A stretch of 64,000 nt of DNA from an uncultured Chloroflexia bacterium (GCA_963765765.1 CAVXYC010000030.1:64001-128000), one strand, 5' to 3'. Positions 40,374 to 53,098 are shown, numbered from the stretch's first letter. Numbers and translations: made by a program. The notes: generated from the letters alone by a model not told the origin.

Positions 40374-41645
40374 CTACCGGCGGCGTTCACCCATCTGCAC
40401 TACTTGCCGATCGGCGCTGCCGTTCTCCAACATGGGCTCACTTTCGCCCTGGAGCTCACTCGTGGAAACTGGTACTGACTCCGAGCCCTCCTCGATTGCC
40501 GGCCGAAGGGTGTGATTGAGAATCACCTGGATTGCCGCAGCCACGGGTACCGCAAGGAAGGCCCCGGCGGCGCCGTACAAAATTGAGCCGATCAGGATTC
40601 CCAAAATCACGGTGAGGGGGCTGACGCCAACGGTACGGCTCATGATGCGCGGTACGAGAAAATTGCCCTCGATCTGCTGGATCACAACGGCAATTGGAAT
40701 CAGTATCAGCGCCTTCACGGGATCCTCCGTCACAGCCACAAGAATGGCCGGAACAAAGGCCAGGAATGGCCCGATCATGGGAATCAGCTCAAAGAGGCCC
40801 GCCAACGCGGCCAGCAGCAGCGGATTGGGAAGGTCAAGAGCCACAAATGCCACACCCGCCATGGCGGCAACAGCCAACATGACCAGAAGCTGACCGCGGA
40901 CCCAGGCGCCCAGGCGATCCTCCACGTCCAGCCAGGTAGCGTTCACCTTACGCGCCCGATCCGAGGGTACCAGCCTGAGCAGCCCGCGCTTGATGGCGGC
41001 ACGCTCCGTCAGCCAATAAAACGCCAAAAGGAAGACCGTCACAACGCTCAAAAGTGAATGGGCAGCCACGCCACCGACGGCCTTGAGCTGCTCAGGCTCA
41101 GCCACGGTGGTCGGCTCCTGAATGCTCCGAGTGATGGACGGTGTAACTTCGTCGAGTGCTCGAAGGAGCACCAGCCGGAGTGGACGTACCTCGATTTGAT
41201 CCGCGAGCAAGCGCAGCGACGCGATATTGCTCGGGATCGCATCGACTAATTGCGCACTCTGGGTAACCAGACTGGGAACGCCAAACAGGCCGATGATCAC
41301 CAGAATCGAGAAAATCGTGGTGTACACGATGATGATCCCCTGGCTTCGACTGAACGGTCCACGCCGCAATCCGTTCACTATTGGCTCGATGGCTGTTGCC
41401 AGGAGGATTGCCAGAACAAGAAGCAGTAGCACTTCTTGAATGGTCCAGAGCAGATAGAGGAATGCGAGGGTCAATGCGACGACGAGCGTATAGCGCGCCA
41501 GGGCCCAGCTCGAGAGCGTGAACGACGTGCGCTGCTGTCCGTCTTGCGTGGCGGTCGCGGCCGTGCCCAGGGCCCCCGCAAAGGCCCCTTGATGCTCGTC
41601 CGGCATGGGTGGCGGCGCCGGGGCAGTATTGCTGTCTGTATTCAC
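40374..41645 (-). CDS. AI-2E family transporter
   Basis: WVRGQL, IPMIGP, QQIEGNFLVPRIM, GAFLAVPVAA. Confidence 0.9.
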   Translation of the reverse strand: MNTDSNTAPAPPPMPDEHQGAFAGALGTAATATQDGQQRTSFTLSSWALARYTLVVALTLAFLYLLWTIQEVLLLLVLAILLATAIEPIVNGLRRGPFSRSQGIIIVYTTIFSILVIIGLFGVPSLVTQSAQLVDAIPSNIASLRLLADQIEVRPLRLVLLRALDEVTPSITRSIQEPTTVAEPEQLKAVGGVAAHSLLSVVTVFLLAFYWLTERAAIKRGLLRLVPSDRARKVNATWLDVEDRLGAWVRGQLLVMLAVAAMAGVAFVALDLPNPLLLAALAGLFELIPMIGPFLAFVPAILVAVTEDPVKALILIPIAVVIQQIEGNFLVPRIMSRTVGVSPLTVILGILIGSILYGAAGAFLAVPVAAAIQVILNHTLRPAIEEGSESVPVSTSELQGESEPMLENGSADRQVVQMGERRR

Positions 41646-41763
41646 CCTTGCATTACTCGTGCGTGAGGATAAAGCAGACTTCGTGCCGCGATTCCGCCAA
41701 GCTCACGCTCACACGGTGGAGTCGAGTCCTTGAGGTCCAGGGAAATAATCTGTTGGCTGACCG

Positions 41764-43785
41764 TCAGTTGGAGCTACGCTCCCGGGGCGGGACTACAACC
41801 TGGCCAGGGGCTTCACCGTGATTCAGGCGACGTGACAGACAGGCCGACGGGCAGGATCCGGCTCGTTGGCTCTGAAGCACCTCGTGGGTCACAGGCGGAA
41901 CGTCGCCTTCACCAAAAAGTAGGAAGCGAAAGACCTGGATCAACGGCGGAGTCTCGGCCCAGGAGAAGTAAACGTTGGGAATCTTTCCCGTCATATCGCG
42001 AATGTGGAGCAGAATCGCGGCAATGGCGTTCGGTACGGTGCTACTCCGAGCCCGCAACACGGGATAGCCGGCGACCTCTACGCCCTCGATGGTGATCTCG
42101 CCTGAGAACTCGGATGGATCCACCACGGTCACTTCCAGAAACAGCACCGGGTCGTGCTCTGGGATGCGATTGCAGGAGCGCTGCTCCTGCACCTTCTGCT
42201 CGTAGTGCTGTGGCGTGCGGATATCCGTGTCATGCGCAATGATTCGCAACTCGCCGCGGGCCACATCTCTTGTAATGAAGCGTTCTGCCGTTTCATCCAT
42301 GACCACGCTTGAGACTCGTAGCTCCGTGGACCGTGAGATCCGCGAAATGATGGACACTACCACGATCGCTAGGATGAAGAGCGCCGCGATCTTCACGCCC
42401 TCGGGTCGTTCCATGATGGTCACGACGGTGGTGAACACAAAGATGATGGCGATAACCGTGAACCAGACGGTTGCCCTGCGCTCACCGTGGCGGTGTGCTG
42501 AGAGCGCCACCGCCACGGTGGCCGAAGTCATGAGGGCGAGGACGCCGGTGGCATAGGCGCCGGCCTGCGCTTCTACGTCTGCCCTGAAGATCAGCGTGAT
42601 GACGGCGCAGACCGCTGTGAAGATCAGCACGAGCGGGCGTGTGGCCCGCGCCCAGTCGGGTGCCATGCCGTAGCGCGGCAGGTACCGTGGCACGATATTC
42701 AAGAGACCCGCCATGGCGGAGGCCCCAGCGAACCACAGGATGAGGATTGTGCTGAGGTCGTACAGCGTGCCGAAGCCGTCGCCGAAGAGCTGATGCGCGA
42801 GATAGGCGAGAGCACGCCCGTTGGCTTCGCCACCCTCCTGAAATTCATGTGCGGGTATCAGCACCGTGGTCACCAAACTGCTGGTGATTAACATGATGCT
42901 CATGATGCCCGCGGCGGCGGCCAGCAGCTTGCGTGTATTTCGTATTCGGCCTTCCGGATGCTCCGGATCATCCTGCGGATCGCCGCGGACCGACGGCATC
43001 ACGACGACACCCGTTTCGAAGCCGGAGAGACCCAGCGCGAGTCGCGGGAACGCCAGCAGTGCTGCCCCAATCATGGCCATCGGACTCCCGTATTCGCGAA
43101 ACAGCGCGGCCTGCCAGGACAACAGGCTGATGGGATGATCAATGATTTGAAACAGGCCGGCGCCAATGACAATCACGTTCAGCACGAGGTACGTCACCAC
43201 CAGCCCCACGGCTAGGCCGATGGCCTCGGTGAGACCCTTCAGAAATACACCGCCAAGGAAGCTGATGAGGATCAGCGTGAGCAGCACTTGATGGCCGCGC
43301 GTGAAGCGCATGTACGGGTTTTCCATAATGTGCGCCGTGGCATCGGCCGCTGAAAGCGTGATGGTGATGATGAATCCCGTGGCAACGAACCCGATGAGGC
43401 ACAACACGAACAGCTTGCCATGCCACCAGGAGAGTAGCCGCTCCAGCATGGAGATCGACCCGTCACCGTGCGGGCTTTCCGCCGCCACGCGCTGGTACAT
43501 GGGCAGCGCGCCAAGAAGGGTGATAGCCACGAGGATCAGCGTGGCGATAGGGGACACGGCGCCGGCGGCAAGCGCCGCGATACCGGGCTGGTAGCCCAGG
43601 GTGGAAAAGTAGTCCACTCCCGTGAGACACATGACCCGCCACCAAGGATGCCCTCGGTGCGGATCCCGTTTCTCGTACGGGCCCGCCCGCATCTCGACCC
43701 CCGGGGTTTTCAAAAGCCACTGCTTGAGCGGGCCCGAGGAGTGGGACGTTGAGGTGGAGGCTGACGCCATCACGACCCTTTGCAT
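41764..43785 (-). CDS. APC-superfamily amino acid/ion transporter (frameshift near C-terminus)
   Basis: [42 protein letters not shown]; multiple TM segments. Confidence 0.85.
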   Translation of the reverse strand: MQRVVMASASTSTSHSSGPLKQWLLKTPGVEMRAGPYEKRDPHRGHPWWRVMCLTGVDYFSTLGYQPGIAALAAGAVSPIATLILVAITLLGALPMYQRVAAESPHGDGSISMLERLLSWWHGKLFVLCLIGFVATGFIITITLSAADATAHIMENPYMRFTRGHQVLLTLILISFLGGVFLKGLTEAIGLAVGLVVTYLVLNVIVIGAGLFQIIDHPISLLSWQAALFREYGSPMAMIGAALLAFPRLALGLSGFETGVVVMPSVRGDPQDDPEHPEGRIRNTRKLLAAAAGIMSIMLITSSLVTTVLIPAHEFQEGGEANGRALAYLAHQLFGDGFGTLYDLSTILILWFAGASAMAGLLNIVPRYLPRYGMAPDWARATRPLVLIFTAVCAVITLIFRADVEAQAGAYATGVLALMTSATVAVALSAHRHGERRATVWFTVIAIIFVFTTVVTIMERPEGVKIAALFILAIVVVSIISRISRSTELRVSSVVMDETAERFITRDVARGELRIIAHDTDIRTPQHYEQKVQEQRSCNRIPEHDPVLFLEVTVVDPSEFSGEITIEGVEVAGYPVLRARSSTVPNAIAAILLHIRDMTGKIPNVYFSWAETPPLIQVFRFLLFGEGDVPPVTHEVLQSQRAGSCPSACLSRRLNHGEAPGQVVVPPRERSSN

Positions 43786-43907
43786 GTTGTAACTATGATT
43801 GTTGAGGCACGCGCCGTGCCCGGTTGATACTCGCTCATCAAGATGTTACTCGTCTACTAAGGCGCCCGATCGCGCGAACCCTGCTGGCGCCGATTCTGTC
43901 TTCCGCG

Positions 43908-44723
43908 CTACTTGAACAAACCCTCGGCGTTCCCGAATGCAATCCGCTCGGCCAGGTCGCGCGGCAGCTGATCGAGCCAGCCACGCACGGCCGCCATGAG
44001 CTGGGGTAAACGCGTCCATTGCGGCGTGATCCACGTGTCCGTCCCGATCATGAATCGATCCGGGTGCTGCTGAAATGCGGCCGACCAGCGTGGATCCAGG
44101 CGACCGCCCGGTGCCACGTCGGATCGGAGCGCAAGCTCCACCCACACATTCGGATAGCTGGTCAGAACCTGGCTCACGGTGGATGCATCGGCGCTCATAC
44201 CCGCATGGGCCCAGAGGATTGATGCATCGGGATAGGTGAGCGCGAGCTGCCGCACGCCTATGGAATCGGTGTGAGCGTGGAGAAAGAGCCCGCGCTCGGC
44301 GCTGACCTGACCGAACGCTTGAACGACTGGGGCGCTCGTGTCGCCGGCACTCAGATGAAATTCTCCGAGACCTACATACGCGTGCTGATTCAGACGCTGC
44401 ATGGAGTACTCGAGGACATCCGCGTCGTACATCCAGGTCGTCATGTCTGCGCGCGTGCGATACGGTCGCAGCACCGGAAGGATCCGCTCAGGATCGCGCT
44501 CCCACAGCATGAGCGTGCCATCATCCGGCGTGCTCGACACTAGTGCTCGATACACGCCGGCCTGGTCAAGCAGCGCCATGATCTCCTCCGGGGCATAGAC
44601 GGTCCATGCATCGGAGCTGTAGTGAAGATGCGTGTCGAAGATAGGCAGGTCTTGACTATGAGCAGACGAGGAGGATAGTGCCCAACCGACCGCGAATGCG
44701 ATGGCGAATAGCAATCGATGCAT
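43908..44723 (-). CDS. Exported amidohydrolase family protein
   Basis: Signal peptide; DTHLHY, GLGEFH, HAH, WAHAG, FMIGTD. Confidence 0.85.
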   Translation of the reverse strand: MHRLLFAIAFAVGWALSSSSAHSQDLPIFDTHLHYSSDAWTVYAPEEIMALLDQAGVYRALVSSTPDDGTLMLWERDPERILPVLRPYRTRADMTTWMYDADVLEYSMQRLNQHAYVGLGEFHLSAGDTSAPVVQAFGQVSAERGLFLHAHTDSIGVRQLALTYPDASILWAHAGMSADASTVSQVLTSYPNVWVELALRSDVAPGGRLDPRWSAAFQQHPDRFMIGTDTWITPQWTRLPQLMAAVRGWLDQLPRDLAERIAFGNAEGLFK

Positions 44724-44829
44724 GTCAGTCTCTCCTCTAGCGCAAAAGAGCGGCCTCCATCACGTATTCCAATTCAGGAAAACATCAGGAAGACCGCTCT
44801 GTATCGAACCTCGGATCGGGTGTTGCCGG

Positions 44830-45855
44830 TTAGTGGCTAAGTCGGCCCTTCTCCTCCACGATGTCGTAGGCCAGCGCGGAGTAGCGCATGAGTTTATCGA
44901 AGTGGTGGACCGACTGAATACGTCGAACCGTCCCAGAGCGTGATCGCATAGCGAGCGTCTCGGTGGTGGCGCCGTTTGGAATGTACTGTACGCCTTGTAC
45001 AAGCTCACCATGGGTGACACCGGTGAGCGAAAAGAAAACATCGTCGCCCTTGACCAGGTCATCAATGCTCAGGACCCTGGTTAGCGGCAGGTCGAGCTTC
45101 TCCGCCGCCTCCCGCTCGCCGTCATTGCGTGGCCAGAGTCGGCATTGGATGTCTCCACCCAAACACTTGAGCGCGCACGCTGAGGTTACGGCCTCTGGCG
45201 AGCCGCCGATGCCCAGGAGGAGATCGACGCCAGTGTCGGGCATGGCGGCCATGAGGCTGCCGGCGATGTCGCCGTCACTGATCATTTTGATTCGGGCGCC
45301 CGTGTCGCGGATCTCCTGGATGAGCCCCGCGTGCCGATCGCGATCCAGCACTACCACCGTGATGTCGTCCGGATCCACGTGCTTGGCGGAGGCGAGAGCT
45401 CGGATGTTTTCGGCAACGCTGAGCTCCAGCGAGACGTGTCCCTTGCCTTCTGGACCTACGGCGAGCTTCTCCATGTAGACGATCCCTGGCGGGTAGTACA
45501 TGGTGCCGCGCTCGGCCAACGCGACCACCGCTACGGCGTTGTTTAAGCCTTTGGATAGCAGGGTGGTTCCGTCAACAGGATCCACGGCGATATCTACTCG
45601 GGGCGGATTGCCGTTGCCGATCTCTTCGCCGATGTAGAGCATCGGCGCCTCGTCCTTATCTCCTTCCCCGATGACAACAATGCCGTCCATATCGACGTTG
45701 TTGAGGGTCACGCGCATGGCGTTGACGGCGGCCTGGTCAGCGGCGTTTTTATCGCCCTTACCCATCCAACGCGCGGCGGAAAGAGCGGCTGCCTCGGTGA
45801 CCCGAGCCAGCTCAAACGAGATGTTGCGATCGAGATTATGTGGGTTGTCGGACAT
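44830..45855 (-). CDS. glpX: Class II fructose-1,6-bisphosphatase
   Basis: ELARVTEAAAL, VIGEGDKDEAPML, DPVDGT, YMEKL, ISDGD, GIGGSPE, RSRSGTVR. Confidence 0.95.
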   Translation of the reverse strand: MSDNPHNLDRNISFELARVTEAAALSAARWMGKGDKNAADQAAVNAMRVTLNNVDMDGIVVIGEGDKDEAPMLYIGEEIGNGNPPRVDIAVDPVDGTTLLSKGLNNAVAVVALAERGTMYYPPGIVYMEKLAVGPEGKGHVSLELSVAENIRALASAKHVDPDDITVVVLDRDRHAGLIQEIRDTGARIKMISDGDIAGSLMAAMPDTGVDLLLGIGGSPEAVTSACALKCLGGDIQCRLWPRNDGEREAAEKLDLPLTRVLSIDDLVKGDDVFFSLTGVTHGELVQGVQYIPNGATTETLAMRSRSGTVRRIQSVHHFDKLMRYSALAYDIVEEKGRLSH

Positions 45856-46028
45856 ACGGTGATTCCTCCTCGAATCCTGCTCGCCATTGAGCGTGCCCGG
45901 TGCTGGGCGGACGATGTTCTAAAGCATAGCAGCGTCCAATTCCGGCGTAAATCGGCGGAGCGGACAGCTCAGCTCGTCACAATGTATCGCATCGTTAAAC
46001 GACTGTCACATGCGCGCATAATGAAGGC

Positions 46029-46889
46029 ATGACTGACAAGCCGCTTACGATCATGGCCGTTCACGCTCATCCAGACGATGAATCGAGCAGCACGGGGGGC
46101 ATCCTTGCCCGCTACGGGGCCGAAGGAAAACGCACGGTGCTGGTCACGTGCACGGGCGGCGAGCTGGGTGAGATCGGCGATCCATCACTAGCCACGCCGG
46201 AGAATTTGGGCGAAGTGCGCCGACGCGAGCTCGAGGCTGCCTGTTCGATCCTGGGCGTAAGTCAGCTTTACCTTCTGGGCTATCGCGATTCCGGCATGCT
46301 GGGCCTGCCTGAGAACGAGCATCCGGATTCGTTCCACAAGGCCGATCTCGACGAGGCCGTCGGCCGTCTCGTTGCGCTCATCCGCGCCGAGCGGCCAGAG
46401 ATTTTGGTTACGTATGACGACAACGGCTTCTATGGGCACCCGGACCATGTGCGAGCCAATCAGATCACCGTGGCAGCCTGGGAGGCAGCCGGCGATCCAC
46501 GTCGTTACACGGAGCCTGGTTTAGATCCATGGACGCCGCTCAAGCTGTACTACACAACCGTTGCTCGCTCCGGCTTCAAGACCTTCGGCGAAAAAATGCG
46601 CGCGGCAGGACTGGAGCCGCCATTCGAGGGTGAGGAGCCCGTGTTCGGCGTGGAGGACGACGTGGTCACGGCGACGATCGACATCTCGCGCTGGGTAGAG
46701 ATCAAACACGCCGCGCTCATGGCTCACAAGACCCAGATGGGCGCAGACGTATTCTTTTCCCAGCTTCCACCGTCGCTCTTCGCAGAGCTGTTCGATAGAG
46801 AGTCCTTTATTCGCTTCGCATCACGGATAGACGCGGCGGAGAAGGAAGCGGATCTGTTTGAGGGTCTCACCCCACAACATATGAACTAG
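46029..46889 (+). CDS. PIG-L family deacetylase (MshB/Mca-like)
   Basis: VHAHPDDE, TGGELGE, YRDSGM, YGHPDH, AHKTQ. Confidence 0.9.
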   Translation: MTDKPLTIMAVHAHPDDESSSTGGILARYGAEGKRTVLVTCTGGELGEIGDPSLATPENLGEVRRRELEAACSILGVSQLYLLGYRDSGMLGLPENEHPDSFHKADLDEAVGRLVALIRAERPEILVTYDDNGFYGHPDHVRANQITVAAWEAAGDPRRYTEPGLDPWTPLKLYYTTVARSGFKTFGEKMRAAGLEPPFEGEEPVFGVEDDVVTATIDISRWVEIKHAALMAHKTQMGADVFFSQLPPSLFAELFDRESFIRFASRIDAAEKEADLFEGLTPQHMN

Positions 46890-46980
46890 ACATCAAGGCC
46901 GGCGGGTCGGAGTTCGCCTGACCTCGTGCTACAGTACTGGCCATTCCGCGCCGCAAGCACGTCTCGCCGGGGAGGGTGTC

Positions 46981-47932
46981 ATGGAGTCGGTTGGTTTCAT
47001 TGGTCTGGGAAACATGGGCGGCCATATGGCCCGACACGTTCAAGAAGCTGATTGTCCGATCATCGTTTCTGATCTGCGGATAGAGCTCACGCAGCCATTC
47101 GTTGAGCGTGGCGGACGCGCCTCTGCCAGCCCCGCCGAGGTGGCTCGTGAGAGCGAAGTGATCTTTACATCCCTGCCCGGCCCAAAGGAAGTGGAAGCGG
47201 TAGCGCTGGGCCCAGGTGGAATCCTGGAAGGCATCCGGCCGGGCTGTGTCTACATTGACATGTCCACCAGCCGTCCCACGCTTATCCGAGAGATCGAGCC
47301 CAAGTTCCGCGCGAAGGGTGCGCACGTGCTGGACGCGCCCATCAGCGGCGGAAAATCGGGCGCGGCCACGCGAAATCTGGCGGTCATGGTGGGTGGGGAT
47401 CGGCGATGTTTTCGACCGCGTCAAACCGATCCTGGACGCCATCGGTGACAAGGTCTTCTACGCCGGTGCTATCGGCGCCGGCAGCGTGGCCAAGCTGGTC
47501 CACAACATGATCGGCCACGGTGTTCGCCAGGCAATCGCCGAGGGTCTGACGCTGGGTGTGAAGGCTGGCGTCGATGCGGACGCGCTCTGGGAATGCATCC
47601 GACGCGGAAGCCTGGGACGCATGAACTCGCTGCACGAGGGCATTCCGCGCACGACGTTTCGCGATACGTATGAACCGGCCAGCTTTGCCCTGGCATTGGC
47701 GCACAAGGACATCATGCTGGCCACCGAGCTCGGTCGAGAGTTCAATGTGCCGATGCCGGTGGCCAACCTGGCGCTCCAGATCGCCGTCCAGGCAATGAAT
47801 CGCGGTTGGGCGGAGATGGATAACAGCATCACGGTCAAATTGCAGGAAGAGGCCGCCGGCGTGGAAGTTCGTGCGCCGCAGGTTGACCCAGCATACGGCG
47901 CCAGGTTTATCAGCACGCATCCAGACGCTTAG
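46981..47932 (+). CDS. NAD(P)-dependent beta-hydroxyacid dehydrogenase (3-hydroxyisobutyrate/tartronate semialdehyde reductase family), frameshift near 47400
   Basis: GFIGLGNMG, LDAPISGG, VAKLVHN, LAHKD. Confidence 0.88.
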
Positions 47933-48022
47933 CGTCAGCTCGCTCGGTTGAAGGGACGTGAGCGACCTCGGGAACTTCGAGGACGGTCCCTGATGTCCTT
48001 TGATCAATAGAGAGGAACCCCA

Positions 48023-49688
48023 ATGCCACGGATGACCGGCTCACGCTATTTCGCGGAGATGATGCAGGGCTACGGCGTGACCCACATTTTCTTTGTGCCG
48101 ACCATGCTCTTGCCGGCGCTTGCCGAGATGGAGGACATGGGCATCCGGCGCGTGATGACGCATGGTGAGAAGGCCGCCGCGTATATGGCAGACGGTTATG
48201 CACGGGCGTCCCATCGGCCCGGGTATCTGTATGGCTCAGGCGATCGGCGCGGCCAATCTGGCGGCCGGTCTGCGCGATGCGTACATGGCTGGCTCGCCGG
48301 TAATCGCGCTCACCGGCGGTCAGGACGCGAGCTCGCGCTATCGACATCTCTACCAGGAGATCGAAGACTTCCCGATGTTCGAGCCGGTCACCCATGCAAA
48401 CATGTATCTGGATGCTCTTCCGCGTCTCCCGGATACCTTGCGGCAGGCATTCCGGGCTGCAACCACCTCGCCTGGGCCTGTTCACATTCAGATGCGTGGC
48501 ACGCACGGTCAGGTGCTGGAAAGCGAAGCCGATCTGGAGCTCGTCGTTGAAGACGCGTATCGCGTGTATCCGCCGTATCGGCCATCCGCTGATCCCGAGA
48601 TGGTGCGGCGGGCGCTACGGGTTCTGGCCGAAGCCGAGCGCCCGATTATCGTCGCTGGCGGTGGGGTGAGCGCGTCGGGCGCAGAAGCCGAGCTCGTAGA
48701 GCTGGCTGAGAAGCTCAACATCCCCGTGGCCACATCGCTCCAGGCGAAAGCCAGCATAGCGGGTGATCACCCACTTTCGGTCGGCGTCCCCGGCACTTAC
48801 TCACGCTGGTGCGCGAATCGGAGTATCGCCGAAGCCGATCTCGTGTTCTTTGTAGGAAGCCATACCGGGAGCCAGGTCACTAACAACTGGAAGATTCCCC
48901 GCCCGGGTACCACCGTCATCCAACTCGACATTGACGCGGCGGAGCTCGGACGCAACTATCCCAATCAAGTCTCACTCCACGGCGATGCCAGGGCCGTGCT
49001 GCGCCAGCTCATTGATGCGGCCGAGCCGCGTGCGGCTCGCGCCGAATGGCTTGACCTCATTCAGGGATACGTTCTCGAGTACCGGTCGGAGATGGAGCTG
49101 CAACGCACTTCAAACGCCGTGCCCATGCGACCCGAGCGGATCATGAAGGAGATCGGCGACTCGCTTCCAGACGAGGCAGTGGTGGTTGTGGACACCGGAC
49201 ATTCGGGGATGTGGGGAGCTCAGGCGCTGGAGCTCGACAAGCCGGGCCAGCGCTTCCTGCGCGCGGCGGGATCGCTCGGCTGGGCATTCCCGGCATCGCT
49301 CGGCGCAAAATGCGCTCTTCCAGATACACCAGTGATCTGCTTCACTGGCGACGGCGGCTTCTACTACCACTTAGCCGAGCTGGAGACTGCGGCGCGATTC
49401 GGCATCAACGCGGTGATTGTGGTGAACAACAATGCCTCCCTCAACCAGGAGACGCACTTATTCAATGAGGCATATGGCGGTCAGCAGCGCGGCCGCGCCG
49501 GCGAGATGTGGAAGTTCCATCCCACGAACTTGGTCCAGGTGGCCGAAGGTCTCGGCTGCCGCGGTGTTCGTGTGGAGCAGCCCGGCGACCTGGCCGACGC
49601 CCTACGTGATGCCCTGGCAGCGGACGGCCCGGTAGTGATCGACGCGATCAGCGATATCGAGGCGATGGCCGCGAGGGCCTGGGGATAA
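48023..49688 (+). CDS. Thiamine pyrophosphate-binding enzyme (acetolactate synthase-like), frameshift near 48222
   Basis: HGEKAAAYMADGYAR, PIIVAGGG, GDGGF...NN TPP motif. Confidence 0.88.
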
Positions 49689-49704
49689 GTGCCAACGGTT
49701 TACT

Positions 49705-49792
49705 CTGTCATCTTGAGTGCAGCGAAAGATCTTCCCGCAACGAGCTCATTGACGCCGGCGGGAAAGATCTTTCGCTGCACTCAAGATGACAG
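49705..49792. repeat. REP-like long inverted repeat, family B copy 1
   Basis: CTGTCATCTTGAGTGCAGCGAAAGATCTT ... AAGATCTTTCGCTGCACTCAAGATGACAG. Confidence 0.8.
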
Positions 49793-49825
49793 GGAGATCC
49801 GTATCGTCTCTCTAGGTGTATAGGG

Positions 49826-50813
49826 CTAACTCGACATCCACGCCACAGACGACACCTCGCTGAACTCGCGCCAGAGCTTGGTCCACGTGTCGCCGCCGTC
49901 ATTGCTTCGATAGAGGTAGCCATAACGCGTCGCGGCGAGCATGTGGTCCGGGTTCTCCGGGTGCATGGTGACGGTCCACATCGCCGAGTTAGGCTGCTCG
50001 GGAAACGTGAGTGCTTCCCAGGTGTCACCCGCGTCGCGGGAGCGCATGATGGTGCCAATGCGTCCGGGCGTGGTGTCCCCGATACACACATAGACCGTCT
50101 TCGGATCGTCCGGCCGCGCCACGATGGTGCGCGGGTACTGGTATGGAAAGACGGTGCGCATTCCTACGGGGCGCCAGCTTTCGCCATCGTCACGGCTCAG
50201 CCAGACCTCATTGTTGACCACCCCGAATACCGTTTTCGGTGGACCCAGCCGTTACCAGCACGCTGTGGAAGTCGGGATTTGGTATCTGCTCTGACGCGGC
50301 CGACCAGCTTTCGCCGCCGTCAGTGCTGCTGCGCATGCCGTCCACTTCAAGGCCGGCCCAGATACGCCGAGTGTCGGTGGGATCGATTGCGATGCCTGTG
50401 AACCTCGGGACCCCGACGGCCGGGCAATCTTCGGCTACCTCCATCGGTCGCTGTTCCCAGCGTTGGCCACCGTCCGTGGATCGATAGATCCCGGCTGGAT
50501 TGGGGGTCCCTGTCCCTGCGTAGAGTCGTGTCGGATCGGCTGGATCAACGCTCAACACCCAGACGGCTTTGCCATTCATGGCCGTATCCAATAGCGTCCA
50601 GGTGATGCCGGCATCCTCTGACCGATAGAGTCCGCGATCAGATCCGGCGAAGACCGCGCCGGATTGAGCGCGATCTGGCGCCAAACAACGAATGATCGCG
50701 TCCGAGTGCATGCCCTGACCGATGCCAACGCGCGCCCATGTGTCGCCATCGTCTCGACTTGCCAGGATGCCTTGACCCACGGTTCCTACCAGAATGGCCT
50801 CTGTATCTGCCAC
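49826..50813 (-). CDS. BNR/Asp-box beta-propeller protein, frameshift near 50240
   Basis: Repeated SxDxGxTW boxes; GGAGG RBS before GTG. Confidence 0.85.
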
Positions 50814-51033
50814 GGTCTCACCTCCCGCACAGCCAGGCGGCCGGATCGCCGCCAGCACCGGACATGGTAGTGCGGCAGGGCAGGATGTCAAGGACTAGTT
50901 TTGGCTGCAGTGGCTTTTCCCGCTTTTCGGCCGGTTGGAAGCCGATCTCACGGACCGCTCCAATCTGGATTTAAAGGGCGAAGACCGCCGCAGTACAAAT
51001 TCATCGGCTGGAACTCGTTCTACGAGGGTCGCC

Positions 51034-51708
51034 TCACCAGCGCCTGAATGCTTCCCGCTTCTGTAGCGTGTCGGCCAGGTTGTCCTTCTTGCTGTTGCGC
51101 AGGAACATCGCGTGCTGGGTCACGTGGCACTCGGCCGCGGCGAGCTTCTTATCGAACCAGGATGTGATGTCCAGTGAAAAGCTGGCCGGGTCGCCCTGAT
51201 TTGTCACTCGATCGCGCTCGTTGCGACTGTCCTTGGCGCACCAGGTGAGTAGCTCGTCGGGTTGCCAGGGCGCCAGGTCGCGGATGGCCTGAAAGACGCA
51301 CTGATGCGTGTAAACGTGTTGCGGATGGCCGTACTCACCGTTGGTTCCATGGGTCACGATGATATTCGGCCGCAAGCGATCAAGCTGCTCGCGGAGCGCG
51401 GCCGTGAACTGAGTGGGCGTGGCGTCGATTTTCTGTGCCACCCCATCGATCTCCATATGCGGATCGACGAAGTCGAGGAAATAGACGTCCACTGCGCCAA
51501 GGGCTGCCGCCGCTCGGCGCTGCTCCTGCTCACGCACCTCCCCCAGACGATCCTTGGTGCAAAGCGGGGGCTCACCCACCTCGCCACCCTCGCCGCGCGT
51601 GGTCACGAGCAGATGAAGCTCATTCCCTTCGCTCGCGAGCTTGGCCAGATATCCGCCGCCAAAAAGCTCATCATCAGGATGTGCCGAGATCGCCAGCACG
51701 CGCGCCAT
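51034..51708 (-). CDS. PIG-L family deacetylase
   Basis: SAHPDDE, TRGEGGE, GEYGHPQH, CHVTQ. Confidence 0.88.
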   Translation of the reverse strand: MARVLAISAHPDDELFGGGYLAKLASEGNELHLLVTTRGEGGEVGEPPLCTKDRLGEVREQEQRRAAAALGAVDVYFLDFVDPHMEIDGVAQKIDATPTQFTAALREQLDRLRPNIIVTHGTNGEYGHPQHVYTHQCVFQAIRDLAPWQPDELLTWCAKDSRNERDRVTNQGDPASFSLDITSWFDKKLAAAECHVTQHAMFLRNSKKDNLADTLQKREAFRRW

Positions 51709-51924
51709 GTAAGTCTCCTCCAAGGTTATCCGCTGAGTACGCGGCGCCTCCAAAATGCTACCGAATCCCCGTCCTTACTGGTCGCTATTCCCACCGCACG
51801 TAGTGCACTCAACGCTCACTCGTGAGGGCGACTCACGGAAAGCGGTGTACGAGGAGGCTTATCGTTGTCCCCGACCCCGCCGGGGCGTACGATGCCCAGG
51901 AATCCCCTGCGTTGGGAGGCGAAG

Positions 51925-53098
51925 ATGCAGACCACATCGACCGAGACGCGACGCGGCGAAGAGACCTGGAACATGCGACTGGTGGGCCACACGGACATGA
52001 ACGGCCACGGTGACGGCATGCACATCAATCTGAAGGATGGCTTCGCCTTCGTGGCGCACATGGGTGACAGCCGCGTGGGCACGTCAATTGTGGACGTGAG
52101 CGATCCGACTAAGCCACGGGTCGTGAACGAGATCCTCACCCCGCCAGGGACCCATTCTCACAAGGTCCAGATCGTTGGCGACATTCTGGTGGTCAATAAC
52201 GAGCGCAACCCCGAGGAGCGCGACGCAAAGGAATGGGCGCACGGGCTGCGACTCTTCGATGTTTCGAAGGCCGATCAGCCCCGAGAAGTGGGATTCTTCA
52301 ACACGCCCGGCAAGGGCGTGCATCGCATGACCTACTGGCATGAGCCATTCGTCACGATGAGCGGAAGCGACGAGGGCTACACCGACCAGTTCTTCATCGC
52401 CGCGGACCTCTCCGATCCGTCCAATCCGAAGGAGGTTGGCCGTTGGTGGAATGCCGGGCATGAATGCCGCCGCGGGTGAAGAGCGAACCTGGCCGCAGGG
52501 TCGACGCTGCGCCATGCACCACGCCATCTTCCGTGGCGATCGTGCGTATGTCGGTTGGTGGGATTCCGGCCTGGTGATCCTGGACGTTTCCGATCTCACC
52601 AAGCCGTCGCTAGTCAGCCATCTCGACTTCGGCGCAGACGTCAGTGGTTGTACCCACACGGCGCTACCCATCGCCGATTCCAATTACCTGGTTGTGACCG
52701 ATGAATCCACGCGTGATCCTGGTCAGGAAGTCCAGAAACAGGTGTGGGTGGTGGATATCGCTGACGAGCGCAATCCTAAGGTGGCGGCTCAGTTCCCAGT
52801 ACCTGAAGGTGATTTTGCTACGCGCGGCGGCCGGTTCGGCCCTCATAACATTCACGAGGGCAGGCCGGGGACGTTTCAGGATCCCAATACGATTTATTTG
52901 ACCTACTTCAATGCGGGCGTGCGAGTGGTGGACATCTCAAATCCGCTTGAGCCTAGAGAGATCGCCTACTACGTGCCCGAGGCGCCGACCGGGCAGAAGG
53001 CGCCCGCGTTCAACGACATCCTGGTGGGAGCTGACGGACTGGTCTACGTGACTGATCGGTACCATGGCGGGCTCTACATCCTGGAGCACACGCGCTGA
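51925..53098 (+). CDS. LVIVD repeat beta-propeller protein, frameshift near 52452
   Basis: IVDVSDPTKP, LVILDVSDLTKP, GRFGPHN, VVDISNPLEP repeats. Confidence 0.85.
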
